DNA of 64,000 bases from Paludibacteraceae bacterium (GCA_024399835.1 JAKSNK010000006.1:22655-86654); one strand, 5' to 3'; shown: positions 25,911-36,232, counted from the stretch's first letter. Notes: generated by a model from the sequence alone, not told the origin. Program-made: numbers and translations.

Positions 25911-28709
25911 ATGCGTATGATCGAGCGTGCACATATAATTGGTCTCTTGCTTCTGTCAGCCCTTCCCCTGTGGAAGATGTCAGCGGCTGTTCCTGCCGAT
26001 TCGTTAACCGAAGCGGTCAGGACGGACAGTTTGGCAACCGACACACTACGCATAGACAGCATAATGACCGACACACTCCCCAAAAAAGACAAATTGGAGC
26101 ATCCCATTCATTACAATGCCAAAGACTCAATTGTGCTATTGGGCAACGGCATGGCTATCATGTATGGTCAAGGCGTAGTAACTTACGAAGACATGGAGTT
26201 GAATGCCGAAAACATTCGCATGGTACTGGATAGCAGTTTGATTTATGCCAAAGGACGACTTGACACCATCGAGAATGAAATAATAGGCAAGCCGGTCTTC
26301 AAGGACGGGAATGACAGTTACGAGAGTTTGGAAATGGCTTACAACATGAAGACCCAAAAAGGTTTCATTCGCGAAGTAACTACCGAACAGGGCGAAGGAT
26401 ATGTCGTGGCAGACAAAACCAAAAAGACCCAATCGGATGTTATGATGATGGCAGGCGGGCGTTATACCACTTGCGACGACCACGACCATCCTCACTTCTA
26501 CCTGAAAATGACCAAAGCCAAAGTCAAGCCCGGCGACTATATAGCCACAGGACCTGCCTATTTGGTAGTAGGCGATGTGCCTGTTCCTATTGCCATTCCG
26601 TTCGGTTTCTTCCCGTTTACAAAAACTTATACCAGCGGACTCATCATGCCCTCCATCGGCGACGACTACACACGAGGACTCTATTTGCGCAATATAGGTT
26701 ATTATTTCGCCATTAACGACTACATAGACCTCGAGTTGACAGGAGACATTTACACCAAAGGTACATGGGCGGTCTATGCCACAAGCAACTATGCCAAGCG
26801 GTATAAATTCCGCGGAAAAGTGGATGTTAATTACCGCGTGGATAAGACCAGCGAACGAGGCATGCCCGACTATTCGGAAGCCAAAAACCTGAAAATCCAA
26901 TGGACTCACCAGCAGGACAGCAAAGCCAATCCCTACTCCACTTTCTCGGCGAGTGTCAATTTCTCCACTTCCGGCTACAACCGAAGCAATATCAACAGTT
27001 ATTACAACGGCGAACTTAACTCCGAGAATACCAAGTCCAGTTCTATCAGTTACACGCAGCGTTTTCCAAATAGCCCGTGGAACATATCCTTGAGTGCCTC
27101 GCTGACCCAACGGACCAAAGACTCGACCATATCCCTTACTGCTCCCGATTTGAGTGTGAACATGTCGTCTATCTATCCCTTCAAGCGCAAACATCGTGTC
27201 GGCAAAGAGAAATGGTATGAGAAAATCAAAATGTCCTATTCCGGCAACGCACGCATATCGTGCAATGCCATCAAGGAAAAAGATTTTCTCCATTCTGACT
27301 TTGCGCGCGATTGGCAGACCGGCATCAAGCACTCCATTCCCATTTCCGCCAACTGGATGCTGTTCAAATACCTGAGTTTGACCCCATCTATCAATTTGAC
27401 CGACAGAATGTATTTCCAAAAAGTTCACCAGGAATGGGATGATGCTGCCGGTATGGTCAGGAAAGACACCACTACGGGATTCTATAATGTGTTTGACTTC
27501 TCGCTTTCTGTCGCCCTTTCCACTAAGTTATACGGTTATTATATACCCTCGCGCAAATTGTTTCCTCACAGCAAGGTCGATCGTTTCCGCCATGTGCTGA
27601 CACCGAATATCAGTTTCTCCTATCATCCCGATTTCGGCAAATCCTTTTGGGGATACTACGACACTTACAACGAGCAGATATACGAGAAGAACAGTTTAGG
27701 CGAAGACTCCATAGATGCTATCACCGGGCAAAAAGTGCTCAAGACGGAGGTTATGCGCGAATACTCCTGTTACGAGGGGGCAATGTACGGAAACGCGACA
27801 CGGGGTCTGTCCGCTACACTTAACTTCGGTGTGCAGAACAACCTCGAGGTCAAGGTACGCAACGACAAAGACACTACTGGCAAAGAGCCCTACAAGATTT
27901 ACAGTATCATCGACAATTTCGGAATTACGGGAGCATACAACTTTGCCGCAGACTCAATGAACTTTAGTAACTTTAACATCAACTTGCGACTGAAAATACC
28001 CTTTGTCAAATATACGCTCAACCTGTCCACCACGCTGGATCCCTACATGTACGAATACGACATCAAGGGCAACCCTGTACGAACCAACAAGCAGTATTGG
28101 CACAACAAGCGATTCCCGCATTGGAGCGGTACCAACCTCAGCTTGAGTTATACCTTCAACAACCAGACTTTTAAGAATTGGTTTGGCAAGGACAAAAACA
28201 AAAACCAGAACTCCACCCAAGACGATGGCAACATGGACGAAATGAAAGTGCAGAACAACGGCAGTATGACCAATGCCAAACGCGGCGGTCAGCAGGATAC
28301 GCAATTGGACGAGGGGTATGTAAAGACCGAAATACCATGGTCTCTCACACTCAGTTATTCGGTTCGCTATGCCGACCTCGCCCATACAAAGGACAACTTT
28401 ATTGACAGCAAGATGCAATACAAGATGGGACTGACACAAAACCTCAGCATATCCGCTTCGTTAGGATTGGGCAAGGGCTGGAAAGCCAGCATGACCACCA
28501 GTTACGATATAACGAACAAGAAATGGTCTTACACCAACTTTAATGTCTCCCGAGACCTGCATTGCTGGAACATGACGGCATCGTTCGTGCCCTTTGGACC
28601 CTACAAAAGTTACAACTTCCATATCGGCGTAAATGCTTCTATGCTCGCCGACCTCAAATACGATAAATCAGATACAAGTTCAACCAATAAAAAAGTGTCA
28701 TGGTGGTAG
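25911..28709 (+). CDS. lptD: LptD/OstA-like outer-membrane LPS-assembly protein
   Basis: ORF 25728-28709 trimmed to ATG 25911 (MRMIERAHIIGLLLL.. signal peptide), 26 nt after the -7 box; N-terminal OstA-like beta-jellyroll region, then a long beta-barrel-like sequence rich in alternating Y/F/N/S. Confidence 0.7.
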   Translation: MRMIERAHIIGLLLLSALPLWKMSAAVPADSLTEAVRTDSLATDTLRIDSIMTDTLPKKDKLEHPIHYNAKDSIVLLGNGMAIMYGQGVVTYEDMELNAENIRMVLDSSLIYAKGRLDTIENEIIGKPVFKDGNDSYESLEMAYNMKTQKGFIREVTTEQGEGYVVADKTKKTQSDVMMMAGGRYTTCDDHDHPHFYLKMTKAKVKPGDYIATGPAYLVVGDVPVPIAIPFGFFPFTKTYTSGLIMPSIGDDYTRGLYLRNIGYYFAINDYIDLELTGDIYTKGTWAVYATSNYAKRYKFRGKVDVNYRVDKTSERGMPDYSEAKNLKIQWTHQQDSKANPYSTFSASVNFSTSGYNRSNINSYYNGELNSENTKSSSISYTQRFPNSPWNISLSASLTQRTKDSTISLTAPDLSVNMSSIYPFKRKHRVGKEKWYEKIKMSYSGNARISCNAIKEKDFLHSDFARDWQTGIKHSIPISANWMLFKYLSLTPSINLTDRMYFQKVHQEWDDAAGMVRKDTTTGFYNVFDFSLSVALSTKLYGYYIPSRKLFPHSKVDRFRHVLTPNISFSYHPDFGKSFWGYYDTYNEQIYEKNSLGEDSIDAITGQKVLKTEVMREYSCYEGAMYGNATRGLSATLNFGVQNNLEVKVRNDKDTTGKEPYKIYSIIDNFGITGAYNFAADSMNFSNFNINLRLKIPFVKYTLNLSTTLDPYMYEYDIKGNPVRTNKQYWHNKRFPHWSGTNLSLSYTFNNQTFKNWFGKDKNKNQNSTQDDGNMDEMKVQNNGSMTNAKRGGQQDTQLDEGYVKTEIPWSLTLSYSVRYADLAHTKDNFIDSKMQYKMGLTQNLSISASLGLGKGWKASMTTSYDITNKKWSYTNFNVSRDLHCWNMTASFVPFGPYKSYNFHIGVNASMLADLKYDKSDTSSTNKKVSWW

Positions 28710-29167
28710 AAAATCTTAAAGTCGTCACATTGGTGTACGACATACATAACGGAGAACAAATCTTGGAACAAGTCACGGCAGAGCGGCCGCTTACCTATTG
28801 CCACGGTGAGAAAATGGTTCCTGCATGGGTCGAAGAGATTCTTGCGGGCAAGGCAGAAGGCGAATCGTTTGACGAACCGCTGTTTATGGCAGAAGGACAC
28901 CCCCTGCACGGACAGGATGTGCGTTTCCGCGGACAGATTATCCAGATACGCGATGTGATGGATTGGGAATTGGAATGGATACGCAACCCCGAAAAACATT
29001 GCGGCGGACATTGTCATGGCGGTTGCCACGGCGGCGAATGCAAAGGAGATTGTAAAGGCGATTGTCAGGGCGATTGCCAAGGGAATTGCGGAGGAGAATG
29101 TAATAACAATAACGAATGTAAACACAACAACAATGGCGAACATACTTGCTCTGGTGGGAAGGCCTAA
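28700..29167 (+). CDS. FKBP-type peptidyl-prolyl isomerase, SlyD-like, with Cys/His-rich metal-binding tail
   Basis: 155-aa ORF; VVTLVYDI..., [20 protein letters not shown] (HPLAGK-type FKBP motif); 55-aa tail with 13 Cys and 5 His; overlaps lptD stop by 10 nt and der start by 35 nt. Confidence 0.6.
   Translation: MVVENLKVVTLVYDIHNGEQILEQVTAERPLTYCHGEKMVPAWVEEILAGKAEGESFDEPLFMAEGHPLHGQDVRFRGQIIQIRDVMDWELEWIRNPEKHCGGHCHGGCHGGECKGDCKGDCQGDCQGNCGGECNNNNECKHNNNGEHTCSGGKA
29045..29104 (+). repeat. 5 x 12-bp coding tandem repeat (G-[DNE]-C-x) in the SlyD-like tail
   Basis: GGAGATTGTAAA GGCGATTGTCAG GGCGATTGCCAA GGGAATTGCGGA GGAGAATGTAAT. Confidence 0.9.
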
Positions 29168-30446
29168 TGTAGGCAAATCCACCCTATTTAACCGATTGAC
29201 CCAAACACGCCGTGCCATCGTCATGGACGAAGCGGGCACAACACGCGACCGGCAATACGGTCACGCAGACTGGTGCGGACGGGAATTTTCCGTCATCGAC
29301 ACGGGCGGATGGGTAGTCAATTCGGAAGATACATTTGAGTCTGAAATCAATCGGCAGGTCAATCTTGCCATCAAGGAGGCAGATGTCGTGTTACTCCTGG
29401 TCGATGTGAACGAAGGGGTCACACAATTCGATATGGAAGTGGCACACCTGCTGCGACAGTCCAAGAAAGAATGCGTATTGGCTGTCAACAAAGTCGATAC
29501 TTTTGAGTTGCAATACGGCGCACCCGAATTTTACAAACTCGGTTTAGGCGAACCGTTTATCGTCTCGGCTGAGAACGGACTGGGCACAGGCGATTTGTTG
29601 GACGAAGTCTGTTCGCGGTTCAAGAAAGACGACAACGGAGAAGACATAGAGGACCTGCCGCGCTTTGCCATTGTGGGAAGACCTAACGCCGGCAAATCGT
29701 CCATTCTGAATGCTTTTGTAGGCGAAGAACGGACTATCGTAACCGACATTCCCGGCACGACACGCGACTCTATCTATACGCGATACAATAAGTTCGGCAA
29801 AGACTTTTACCTCGTGGATACCGCCGGTATTCGTAAAAAAGCCAAAGTGAACGAAGACTTGGAGTATTACTCCGTCGTACGCTCTATTCGTGCCATCGAA
29901 AACTCCGATGTCTGCATTCTCATGATAGATGCCACAAGAGGTATTGAGTCGCAAGACCTGAATATCTACTCGATCATACAAAAGAACAAAAAAGGATTGG
30001 TCGTTTGTGTCAACAAGTGGGACTTGGTCGAAGACAAGTCCACCAAAGCCATCAAGTTCTTTGAAGATGCCATTCGCGCACGCTTGGCACCGTTTACGGA
30101 CTTCCCGATTATCTTCTGTTCGGCACTTACCAAACAGCGTATCTTTAAGGTTATCGAGACCGCTCTGCATGTCTATGAGAACAAGCAACGCAAAGTGCCT
30201 ACGGCGCAACTCAACAACCAATTCCTGCCGTTGATAGAGAACTATCCGCCACCGGCTACCAAAGGTAAATACATCAAAATCAAATATTGTACCCAACTGC
30301 CCAACACACAAGTGCCGACCATCGTATTCTTTGCCAATCTGCCCCAGTATGTCAAAGAGCCCTACCGGCGTTTCCTGGAAAACAAACTCCGTGAATGGTG
30401 GGACTTCCTTGGTACTCCCGTGCAACTGTTTATTCGGGCTAAATAA
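29133..30446 (+). CDS. der: ribosome-biogenesis GTPase Der (EngA)
   Basis: ORF 29016-30446 trimmed to ATG 29133 ([22 protein letters not shown]); two G-domains (GRPNVGKST and GRPNAGKSS) plus a KH-like C-terminus. Confidence 0.95.
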   Translation: MANILALVGRPNVGKSTLFNRLTQTRRAIVMDEAGTTRDRQYGHADWCGREFSVIDTGGWVVNSEDTFESEINRQVNLAIKEADVVLLLVDVNEGVTQFDMEVAHLLRQSKKECVLAVNKVDTFELQYGAPEFYKLGLGEPFIVSAENGLGTGDLLDEVCSRFKKDDNGEDIEDLPRFAIVGRPNAGKSSILNAFVGEERTIVTDIPGTTRDSIYTRYNKFGKDFYLVDTAGIRKKAKVNEDLEYYSVVRSIRAIENSDVCILMIDATRGIESQDLNIYSIIQKNKKGLVVCVNKWDLVEDKSTKAIKFFEDAIRARLAPFTDFPIIFCSALTKQRIFKVIETALHVYENKQRKVPTAQLNNQFLPLIENYPPPATKGKYIKIKYCTQLPNTQVPTIVFFANLPQYVKEPYRRFLENKLREWWDFLGTPVQLFIRAK

Positions 30447-30456
30447 AAGTGCTGTT

Positions 30457-30555
30457 CTTATCGGTAGTATATCGGTAGTACATCGGTAGTATAGCGGTAG
30501 TATAGCGGTAGTACAACGGGAGTAGAACGGGAGTAGAACGGGAGTAGAACGAATC
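30457..30555. repeat. 9 x 11-bp tandem array (5 units ending CGGTAG, 3 units ending CGGGAG, 1 degenerate)
   Basis: CTTATCGGTAG TATATCGGTAG TACATCGGTAG TATAGCGGTAG TATAGCGGTAG TACAACGGGAG TAGAACGGGAG TAGAACGGGAG TAGAACGAATC, then ATG at 30556. Confidence 0.95.
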
Positions 30556-31035
30556 ATGAAAATACTTGGAATGACATATTACGGTAACGCTCATCACTTC
30601 ACCATGAAGTGCGACGCTTCGTTGCTCAACCAGCGCAAACCTTTCTTTGTGCCGGATTGGTCTTCCGATATGCGTTATACGCCATGTCTCGTCGTACGCA
30701 TTTCGCGCTTGGGCAAGTGTATTGCCGATAAGTTTGCCCACCGTTATTATGACGCAGTCGCCGACGGATTGGACTTTGTGGCATACGACCTACTGCCAAC
30801 CGAATACGCCCAAGCCACGGCTTTCGACAATTCCTTGTGCGTAGGCGACTGGTTAGAACCCGATACTCTATCCGAGCAGCAAAAGGACATTATCGCGCAT
30901 GCTATCCGGCAAATCAGTCAAGTAGTAACTCTTCGCATGGGAGACATCATTTACATAGACCGACCTGTCGAAGCCGTTTCTATACACCCCGAACAAATCA
31001 TCGAACAAGACCATTTATACTGCAAAATCAAATGA
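30556..31035 (+). CDS. shortened fumarylacetoacetate-hydrolase (FAH) fold-like protein
   Basis: 159-aa ORF; PFFVPDWSSD..., KFAHRYYDAV..GLDF and LRMGDIIYI resemble FAH-family C-terminal domain segments (from memory); the stop overlaps the porU start (ATGA). Confidence 0.5.
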   Translation: MKILGMTYYGNAHHFTMKCDASLLNQRKPFFVPDWSSDMRYTPCLVVRISRLGKCIADKFAHRYYDAVADGLDFVAYDLLPTEYAQATAFDNSLCVGDWLEPDTLSEQQKDIIAHAIRQISQVVTLRMGDIIYIDRPVEAVSIHPEQIIEQDHLYCKIK

Positions 31036-34000
31036 AAAGAACATCTGTCATACTATTCCTACTCTGCCTGTCTGTAGAACTGTTGTCGGCACATACTTAT
31101 GTGTCTTCATCCGTATTGAGTGAGGGTAATCTGGTCAAAATACAAGTTTCTTCCTCCGGCGTTTATCGTATCACCTACGAGCAGTTGCAAGAATGGGGGC
31201 TCAATCCCAAAAACATCCGTGTGTTGGGTTATGGAGGTAATCTTATTCCTCAGGATTTTACCCTCGCGCACACCGACGATGTGCCGTCTGTTCCGTTCTA
31301 TATGCACACGGGGGCAGACGGAGTGTTCTCGCCGGGCGACTATATTCTCTTTTATGCCGAAGGACCGGTAGGATGGGAATGGAACGGCAAGTACTTCGTT
31401 CATACCCGCAATTGCTACGCCGACTACGGATGCTATTTTTTGAATGACAATGCAGGCGAGCAACGCCTGTTGGCAGAAGGCAAAGCCGACGAAGAAGATG
31501 CTTTATACGACAATTACACCTATACAGCCCTTCAATTGCATGAGCAGGACGAACGCAATTTGGTGGATGTCCTATACGGCGTAGAGGGTGGCGGTCGCGA
31601 ATGGTACGGCGAGATACTGAATACGATCAAGCCCAACTGTTCCGTTGCCTTCAAATTTCAGGATGTCGATACGACCATGACAGCCGTATGCCGTGTAGAT
31701 GCCGCTGCCAACTGCAATGAAGTTACAAACATGAACGTACAGGTAGGAGGTGTCAAACGCTCGTTCTCCTTTATGCCGTTAGAGGACTTTTATACCAAAG
31801 CGACCGAAGGCGCTATCAACATAACCAATGCCAAAGTATCCAACTCGTTCTCGGTACAACTCAATTATCAGTTTACACAAGAGAATGCCATTGCTTACCT
31901 GAATTACATCGAGATGCAAGTACCCTGCCTGTTGAATATGCGTGGGAAGAATGTACTCTATATACGCAATACCGACAATCTGAAGCAGCCGGGCAGTTCA
32001 TGCTATCACCTGTCGGGAGCAGATGCTTCCACACAAATTTGGGATATGACCGATCCCGAACAGGCATTTATAGTGCCTACTACTTGGCATAACGACACGC
32101 TGTGTTGGTTGGGCGCTAACCGGCAGTCACAATTGTTCATTGCGGTACGAACCAATACTTCTACCGGCTCGACGCCTGCGTACATCGGCAAAGTGCCCAA
32201 TCAGAACTTGCACAAACGATTGCGTGGAGCACAACATGTGATTATCACTCCTGCTGCTTTCCGCAGTGCTGCCAACCGCCTCAAAGCCATTCATGAATAC
32301 TATACCCCTGACGAGCGGTGGGAAGTGGTAAGCGACGAAGAAGTGTTTAACGAGTTTAGTAGCGGTACACCCGATGCTTCCGCCTTCCGGTGGATGATGA
32401 AGTACTTGTACGACGAGTTTGCCGGCACCGACAATGCTCCCAAGGACTTGCTGTTATTCGGCGACGGGTCGTTTGACAACCGTCAACTGTTGACCACTTC
32501 GCCCTATCCTACTCTTCTCACCTACCAGGCACATAATTCACTCGTCGAGACCAACGCGTATGCTACCGACGATTATTTCGGTTTCTTGGAAGACAATGAC
32601 GGTATCATCGGTTCCAATTGGGAAGATAAACGGGGCACTATGGAGATTAGTGTTGGACGATTGCCGGTCAATACGCTCGAAGAAGCCGAACAGGTAGTCA
32701 ACAAGATTCAAAACTATCTGTCCAATGTTACCGCAGGCAGTTGGAAGCAACAGACATGCTTCCTTGCCGACGATGGCAACCAGGGGCTGCATGTCACTAC
32801 TGCCGATGTGGCAGCCGAAGCCCTGAGACAAACGGCACCGGACTTCACGGTCAACAAAATCTACTTGGACGCATACGTACAGGAAACATCTGCTTCAGGC
32901 GAGAGTTACCCGTTGGCTTACAACCAGTTCACCAATATGCTGCAATCGGGCGTTATGCTGATGGACTATGCGGGACACGGCTCGGCAAACAATATATGCT
33001 CGGAGATGTTCCTTACGCGCAAACAGGTGGAAAACATGTCCAATGCCCACTTGGGACTATGGATGTTAGCCACTTGCAGTTTCGCTCACTTTGACAGGAA
33101 AGAACCGTCTTCTGCAGAATCTGCCGTTCTTAACCCTATCGGTGGCGCTATTGCCGTAGTTGCGGCAGACAGAACCGTTTATGCTTCCGAAAACGAGAAA
33201 ATCAACAGGCAGTTCTGCCAACGCCTGTTTGAGCATGACGACCCCTTCAATTATCCGTACACGATTGGAGAAGCGTTACGATTGGCGAAGAATGCCATTC
33301 CCAACAATATGAACAAACTGACCTATGTTTTGCTGGGAGACCCTGCTTTACGGCTTAACTATCCCGTTAAGTACCAAGCCGTCATTTCCCAAATGCCCGA
33401 CACATTGCACGCTTTGGACCTCGTTACCGTCAGCGGATATATCTCCAATGGTGATTTGTCGGATGCTACCGGCAGAGCAGATACGGTAGATTTCAACGGA
33501 TTGCTGTCCGTCACTATCTTCGACAAGATACAGAAGGTTCTGACTCACGACAACGACGAACCGGCAGAAGAGAAAAAAGTCATCAAGACCTTTATGGACT
33601 ATCCCAACAAGATTTTTGTAGGGGAAGCCGATGTAGTCAACGGTCGGTTTACTTTCACATTCCGTATGCCGAAGGATATCCGCTATAATATTGCCGAAGG
33701 TCGCATGGCACTCTATGCCGTCGGTACCGACAGCGAGGGACAGGCAGAAGCCATTGGGCACAATACCGACTTTGCCGTGGGTGGTTCGTCACCTTGGATA
33801 CTTATTGATGACAAAGGACCCGATATTGACATGTATCTCAATACGCCCTTGTTCCAGAATGGCGACTGCGTCAATTCCACTCCGCACTTCTATGCCTCTC
33901 TCTACGACGAGAACGGCATCAACACCATCGGCTCAGGCATCGGACACGACTTGTTGCTCGTTTTGGACAACAGCACCAAGTTGTCGCACAATCTGAACGA

Positions 34001-34448
34001 CTACTACAAAGCGGAAAACAACTCTTACCAACGGGGAACGGTCAGTTATATGCTGCCCGAACTGAGCGACGGTAGTCATAGTCTGACTTTCCGTGCATGG
34101 GACTTGAACAACAACGCTTCTACCAAGTCGCTCAGCTTCTCGGTAGATAGCGAGCAGGGACCCGAAGCCAAACAGGTTATCGTCTATCCTAATCCTGTTT
34201 CGCAGTTCGGTACGCTCAACCTGTATCTGGTCAATGACCGCCCGGACGACTATCTGACTATCAACCTGACTATATACAATATGGTGGGAGCCAAAGTCTG
34301 GTCTGCCGCACGACCCTTAGACGGACAGACAATATCCTTCTCGATGGCACAAACAGCCATCCCTGCCGGCACATATATCTATCAATTCACTATACAAACC
34401 CCATCACAAGAGTCCCAACGCTATGGCGGTAGGATTATTGTGTACTAA
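31032..34448 (+). CDS. porU: type IX secretion system sortase PorU (peptidase C25 family)
   Basis: ORF 30837-34448 trimmed to ATG 31032 (MKRTSVILFLLCL.. signal peptide); gingipain-like C25 domain (GHGS.., MLATCSF); about 1140 aa; directly upstream of porV. Confidence 0.9.
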   Translation: MKRTSVILFLLCLSVELLSAHTYVSSSVLSEGNLVKIQVSSSGVYRITYEQLQEWGLNPKNIRVLGYGGNLIPQDFTLAHTDDVPSVPFYMHTGADGVFSPGDYILFYAEGPVGWEWNGKYFVHTRNCYADYGCYFLNDNAGEQRLLAEGKADEEDALYDNYTYTALQLHEQDERNLVDVLYGVEGGGREWYGEILNTIKPNCSVAFKFQDVDTTMTAVCRVDAAANCNEVTNMNVQVGGVKRSFSFMPLEDFYTKATEGAINITNAKVSNSFSVQLNYQFTQENAIAYLNYIEMQVPCLLNMRGKNVLYIRNTDNLKQPGSSCYHLSGADASTQIWDMTDPEQAFIVPTTWHNDTLCWLGANRQSQLFIAVRTNTSTGSTPAYIGKVPNQNLHKRLRGAQHVIITPAAFRSAANRLKAIHEYYTPDERWEVVSDEEVFNEFSSGTPDASAFRWMMKYLYDEFAGTDNAPKDLLLFGDGSFDNRQLLTTSPYPTLLTYQAHNSLVETNAYATDDYFGFLEDNDGIIGSNWEDKRGTMEISVGRLPVNTLEEAEQVVNKIQNYLSNVTAGSWKQQTCFLADDGNQGLHVTTADVAAEALRQTAPDFTVNKIYLDAYVQETSASGESYPLAYNQFTNMLQSGVMLMDYAGHGSANNICSEMFLTRKQVENMSNAHLGLWMLATCSFAHFDRKEPSSAESAVLNPIGGAIAVVAADRTVYASENEKINRQFCQRLFEHDDPFNYPYTIGEALRLAKNAIPNNMNKLTYVLLGDPALRLNYPVKYQAVISQMPDTLHALDLVTVSGYISNGDLSDATGRADTVDFNGLLSVTIFDKIQKVLTHDNDEPAEEKKVIKTFMDYPNKIFVGEADVVNGRFTFTFRMPKDIRYNIAEGRMALYAVGTDSEGQAEAIGHNTDFAVGGSSPWILIDDKGPDIDMYLNTPLFQNGDCVNSTPHFYASLYDENGINTIGSGIGHDLLLVLDNSTKLSHNLNDYYKAENNSYQRGTVSYMLPELSDGSHSLTFRAWDLNNNASTKSLSFSVDSEQGPEAKQVIVYPNPVSQFGTLNLYLVNDRPDDYLTINLTIYNMVGAKVWSAARPLDGQTISFSMAQTAIPAGTYIYQFTIQTPSQESQRYGGRIIVY

Positions 34449-34553
34449 AAACAAACTATTTTTGCCTATGATGCATCTCTAAAAAAAAGTTCTTTTACCT
34501 ATAGTAATCTATAGAAGAAATCAACCGTTTAATCAACATAAATTATTTGTATT

Positions 34554-35759
34554 ATGAAAAAAATTCTTTTAATGCTAACTGCAACCGTAGCCCTTTCGCT
34601 GAATACATGGGCTTACGATGTTAACCCGATTATTACCGCTATGCCGGCACTCACCATTGCGCCCGATGCTCACGGAGCCGGTATGGGTGACATTGGTGCT
34701 GCTACCACGGCGGACATGAACTCACAGTTCTGGAATGCCGCCAAGTATCCCTTTATCGAGGACAAAGGAGGTATATCTGCTTCTTATACGCCTTGGTTGC
34801 GCAAACTGGTCAACGACATTGACCTCGCATATTTGGCAGGTTTCTACCGTTTTGACGACAAGCAAGCCATTTCTGCTTCGTTTACCTATTTCTCAATGGG
34901 TAAAGTGAGTTTGGTTTCCGCGAATATGGTTGACCCGTCTGCCGATTATGTTTATGCGGAAGCCAAACCGAATGAATGGTCATTGGATGTCGCCTATTCA
35001 CGCAAATTGCACGAATATGTATCTATGGCTGCTACATTGCGCTTTATGTATTCGGACTTGAACAACGGTATCAACTATTCCGGTAGCGGAGGCGAGAGCA
35101 AAGAGATGTATCCCGCTTGGACTTTTGCAGCCGATGTATCGTTGTACTACCGTCAGCCGATTGAGTTGCCGATGGGAACCAGCCACTTTGGCTTAGGTTT
35201 CATTTTGTCCAACCTCGGCGGTAAAATGTCGTACGACAAGAATGTGACCTCCAACTTTATCCCTGCTCGTATGCGTCTTGGTGTCAGTTACGAAATTCCG
35301 TTTGACAACTACAACCGCTTGATGGCTTCCGTTGAGTGCGACCGTCTGTTGGTGCCCAGTACCTACTCTGTTTATACCGAAGACAAAGAGAACTATAAAT
35401 GGAATACTGTTGACCAACAGGAGTACTCCAAAGTATCTTCGCCCAAGGGCTGGTGGCAATCTTTCAACGATGCTCCCGGAGGTGCCAAAGAGGAGTTTAA
35501 CGAAATGCGCTGGGGTGTAGGTCTCGAATATAGTTACAACCGCCAATTCTTCGGGCGTGTAGGTTATAGCCACGAGAACAAGATGAAGGGTAACCGCCGC
35601 TATGTAACCCTTGGCGCCGGCTTCAAACTGTCCATCGTCCGCTTCGATGTAGCATACTGTATCGCTACCGCTGCCTCCAATCCGTTGGACCAAACCATGC
35701 GTTTCACTCTCGGATTTGACTTGGCAGGTATTAAGGACCTTGTTAATAACAAACGATGA
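34554..35759 (+). CDS. porV: type IX secretion outer-membrane shuttle/channel protein PorV (LptO)
   Basis: 401-aa ORF with signal peptide; conserved N-terminal APDAHGAGMGD.G motif; beta-barrel pattern. Confidence 0.9.
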   Translation: MKKILLMLTATVALSLNTWAYDVNPIITAMPALTIAPDAHGAGMGDIGAATTADMNSQFWNAAKYPFIEDKGGISASYTPWLRKLVNDIDLAYLAGFYRFDDKQAISASFTYFSMGKVSLVSANMVDPSADYVYAEAKPNEWSLDVAYSRKLHEYVSMAATLRFMYSDLNNGINYSGSGGESKEMYPAWTFAADVSLYYRQPIELPMGTSHFGLGFILSNLGGKMSYDKNVTSNFIPARMRLGVSYEIPFDNYNRLMASVECDRLLVPSTYSVYTEDKENYKWNTVDQQEYSKVSSPKGWWQSFNDAPGGAKEEFNEMRWGVGLEYSYNRQFFGRVGYSHENKMKGNRRYVTLGAGFKLSIVRFDVAYCIATAASNPLDQTMRFTLGFDLAGIKDLVNNKR

Positions 35760-36232
35760 GAATAGGATTCGGATATGATGTGCATCAATTCACCCCTGAC
35801 CGCCCTTTGTGGTTAGGGGGGATTGAAGTGCCTTCAGAGCAGGGGCTGTTGGGACACTCCGATGCCGATGTCGCCATTCATGCTCTCTGCGATGCGCTGT
35901 TAGGTGCTGCCGCCATGCATGATATCGGGTATCATTTTCCCGATACTGAAGGAAATGAATTTGAAGGCATTGACAGCAAGATTCTGCTCCGTCGCGTGAT
36001 GGATATGATTCACAAGGCGGGATATGGTTTAACCAATTGCGATATCACCATCGCTGCACAAGCACCCAAACTGGCTCCGTATATTGATAGTATGCGGCAA
36101 TGTTTGGCTGATGTGATGGAAGCCGCTATCTCGCAAGTGAGTGTCAAAGCCACTACTACCGAACATTTGGGATTCGTAGGAAGAAAAGAAGGTATAGCGG
36201 CGTATGCCGTTGTTTTACTACAAGAAATATGA
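35756..36232 (+). CDS. ispF: 2-C-methyl-D-erythritol 2,4-cyclodiphosphate synthase
   Basis: 158-aa ORF; MRIGFGYDVH.F, GHSDADV motifs. Confidence 0.95.
   Translation: MRIGFGYDVHQFTPDRPLWLGGIEVPSEQGLLGHSDADVAIHALCDALLGAAAMHDIGYHFPDTEGNEFEGIDSKILLRRVMDMIHKAGYGLTNCDITIAAQAPKLAPYIDSMRQCLADVMEAAISQVSVKATTTEHLGFVGRKEGIAAYAVVLLQEI

Noticed and set aside
30457-30555. Possible CRISPR-like array, considered for all the tandem arrays (also 43857-43900 and 5472-5504).
   Set aside because: The units are 11 bp and directly abutting, with no spacers. No cas genes or leader are present. They are not CRISPR.
30837-31031. N-terminal extension of the porU ORF (start at 30837), and similar 5-prime extensions at 25728, 29016, 11845, 44824, 53533, 54783, 24677-25837, 19500-20048 and 1754-2104.
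   Set aside because: The extensions overlap upstream genes or promoter boxes and encode arginine-rich or low-complexity sequence. The internal ATGs give canonical N-termini or signal peptides and sit 17-48 nt after a -7 box.
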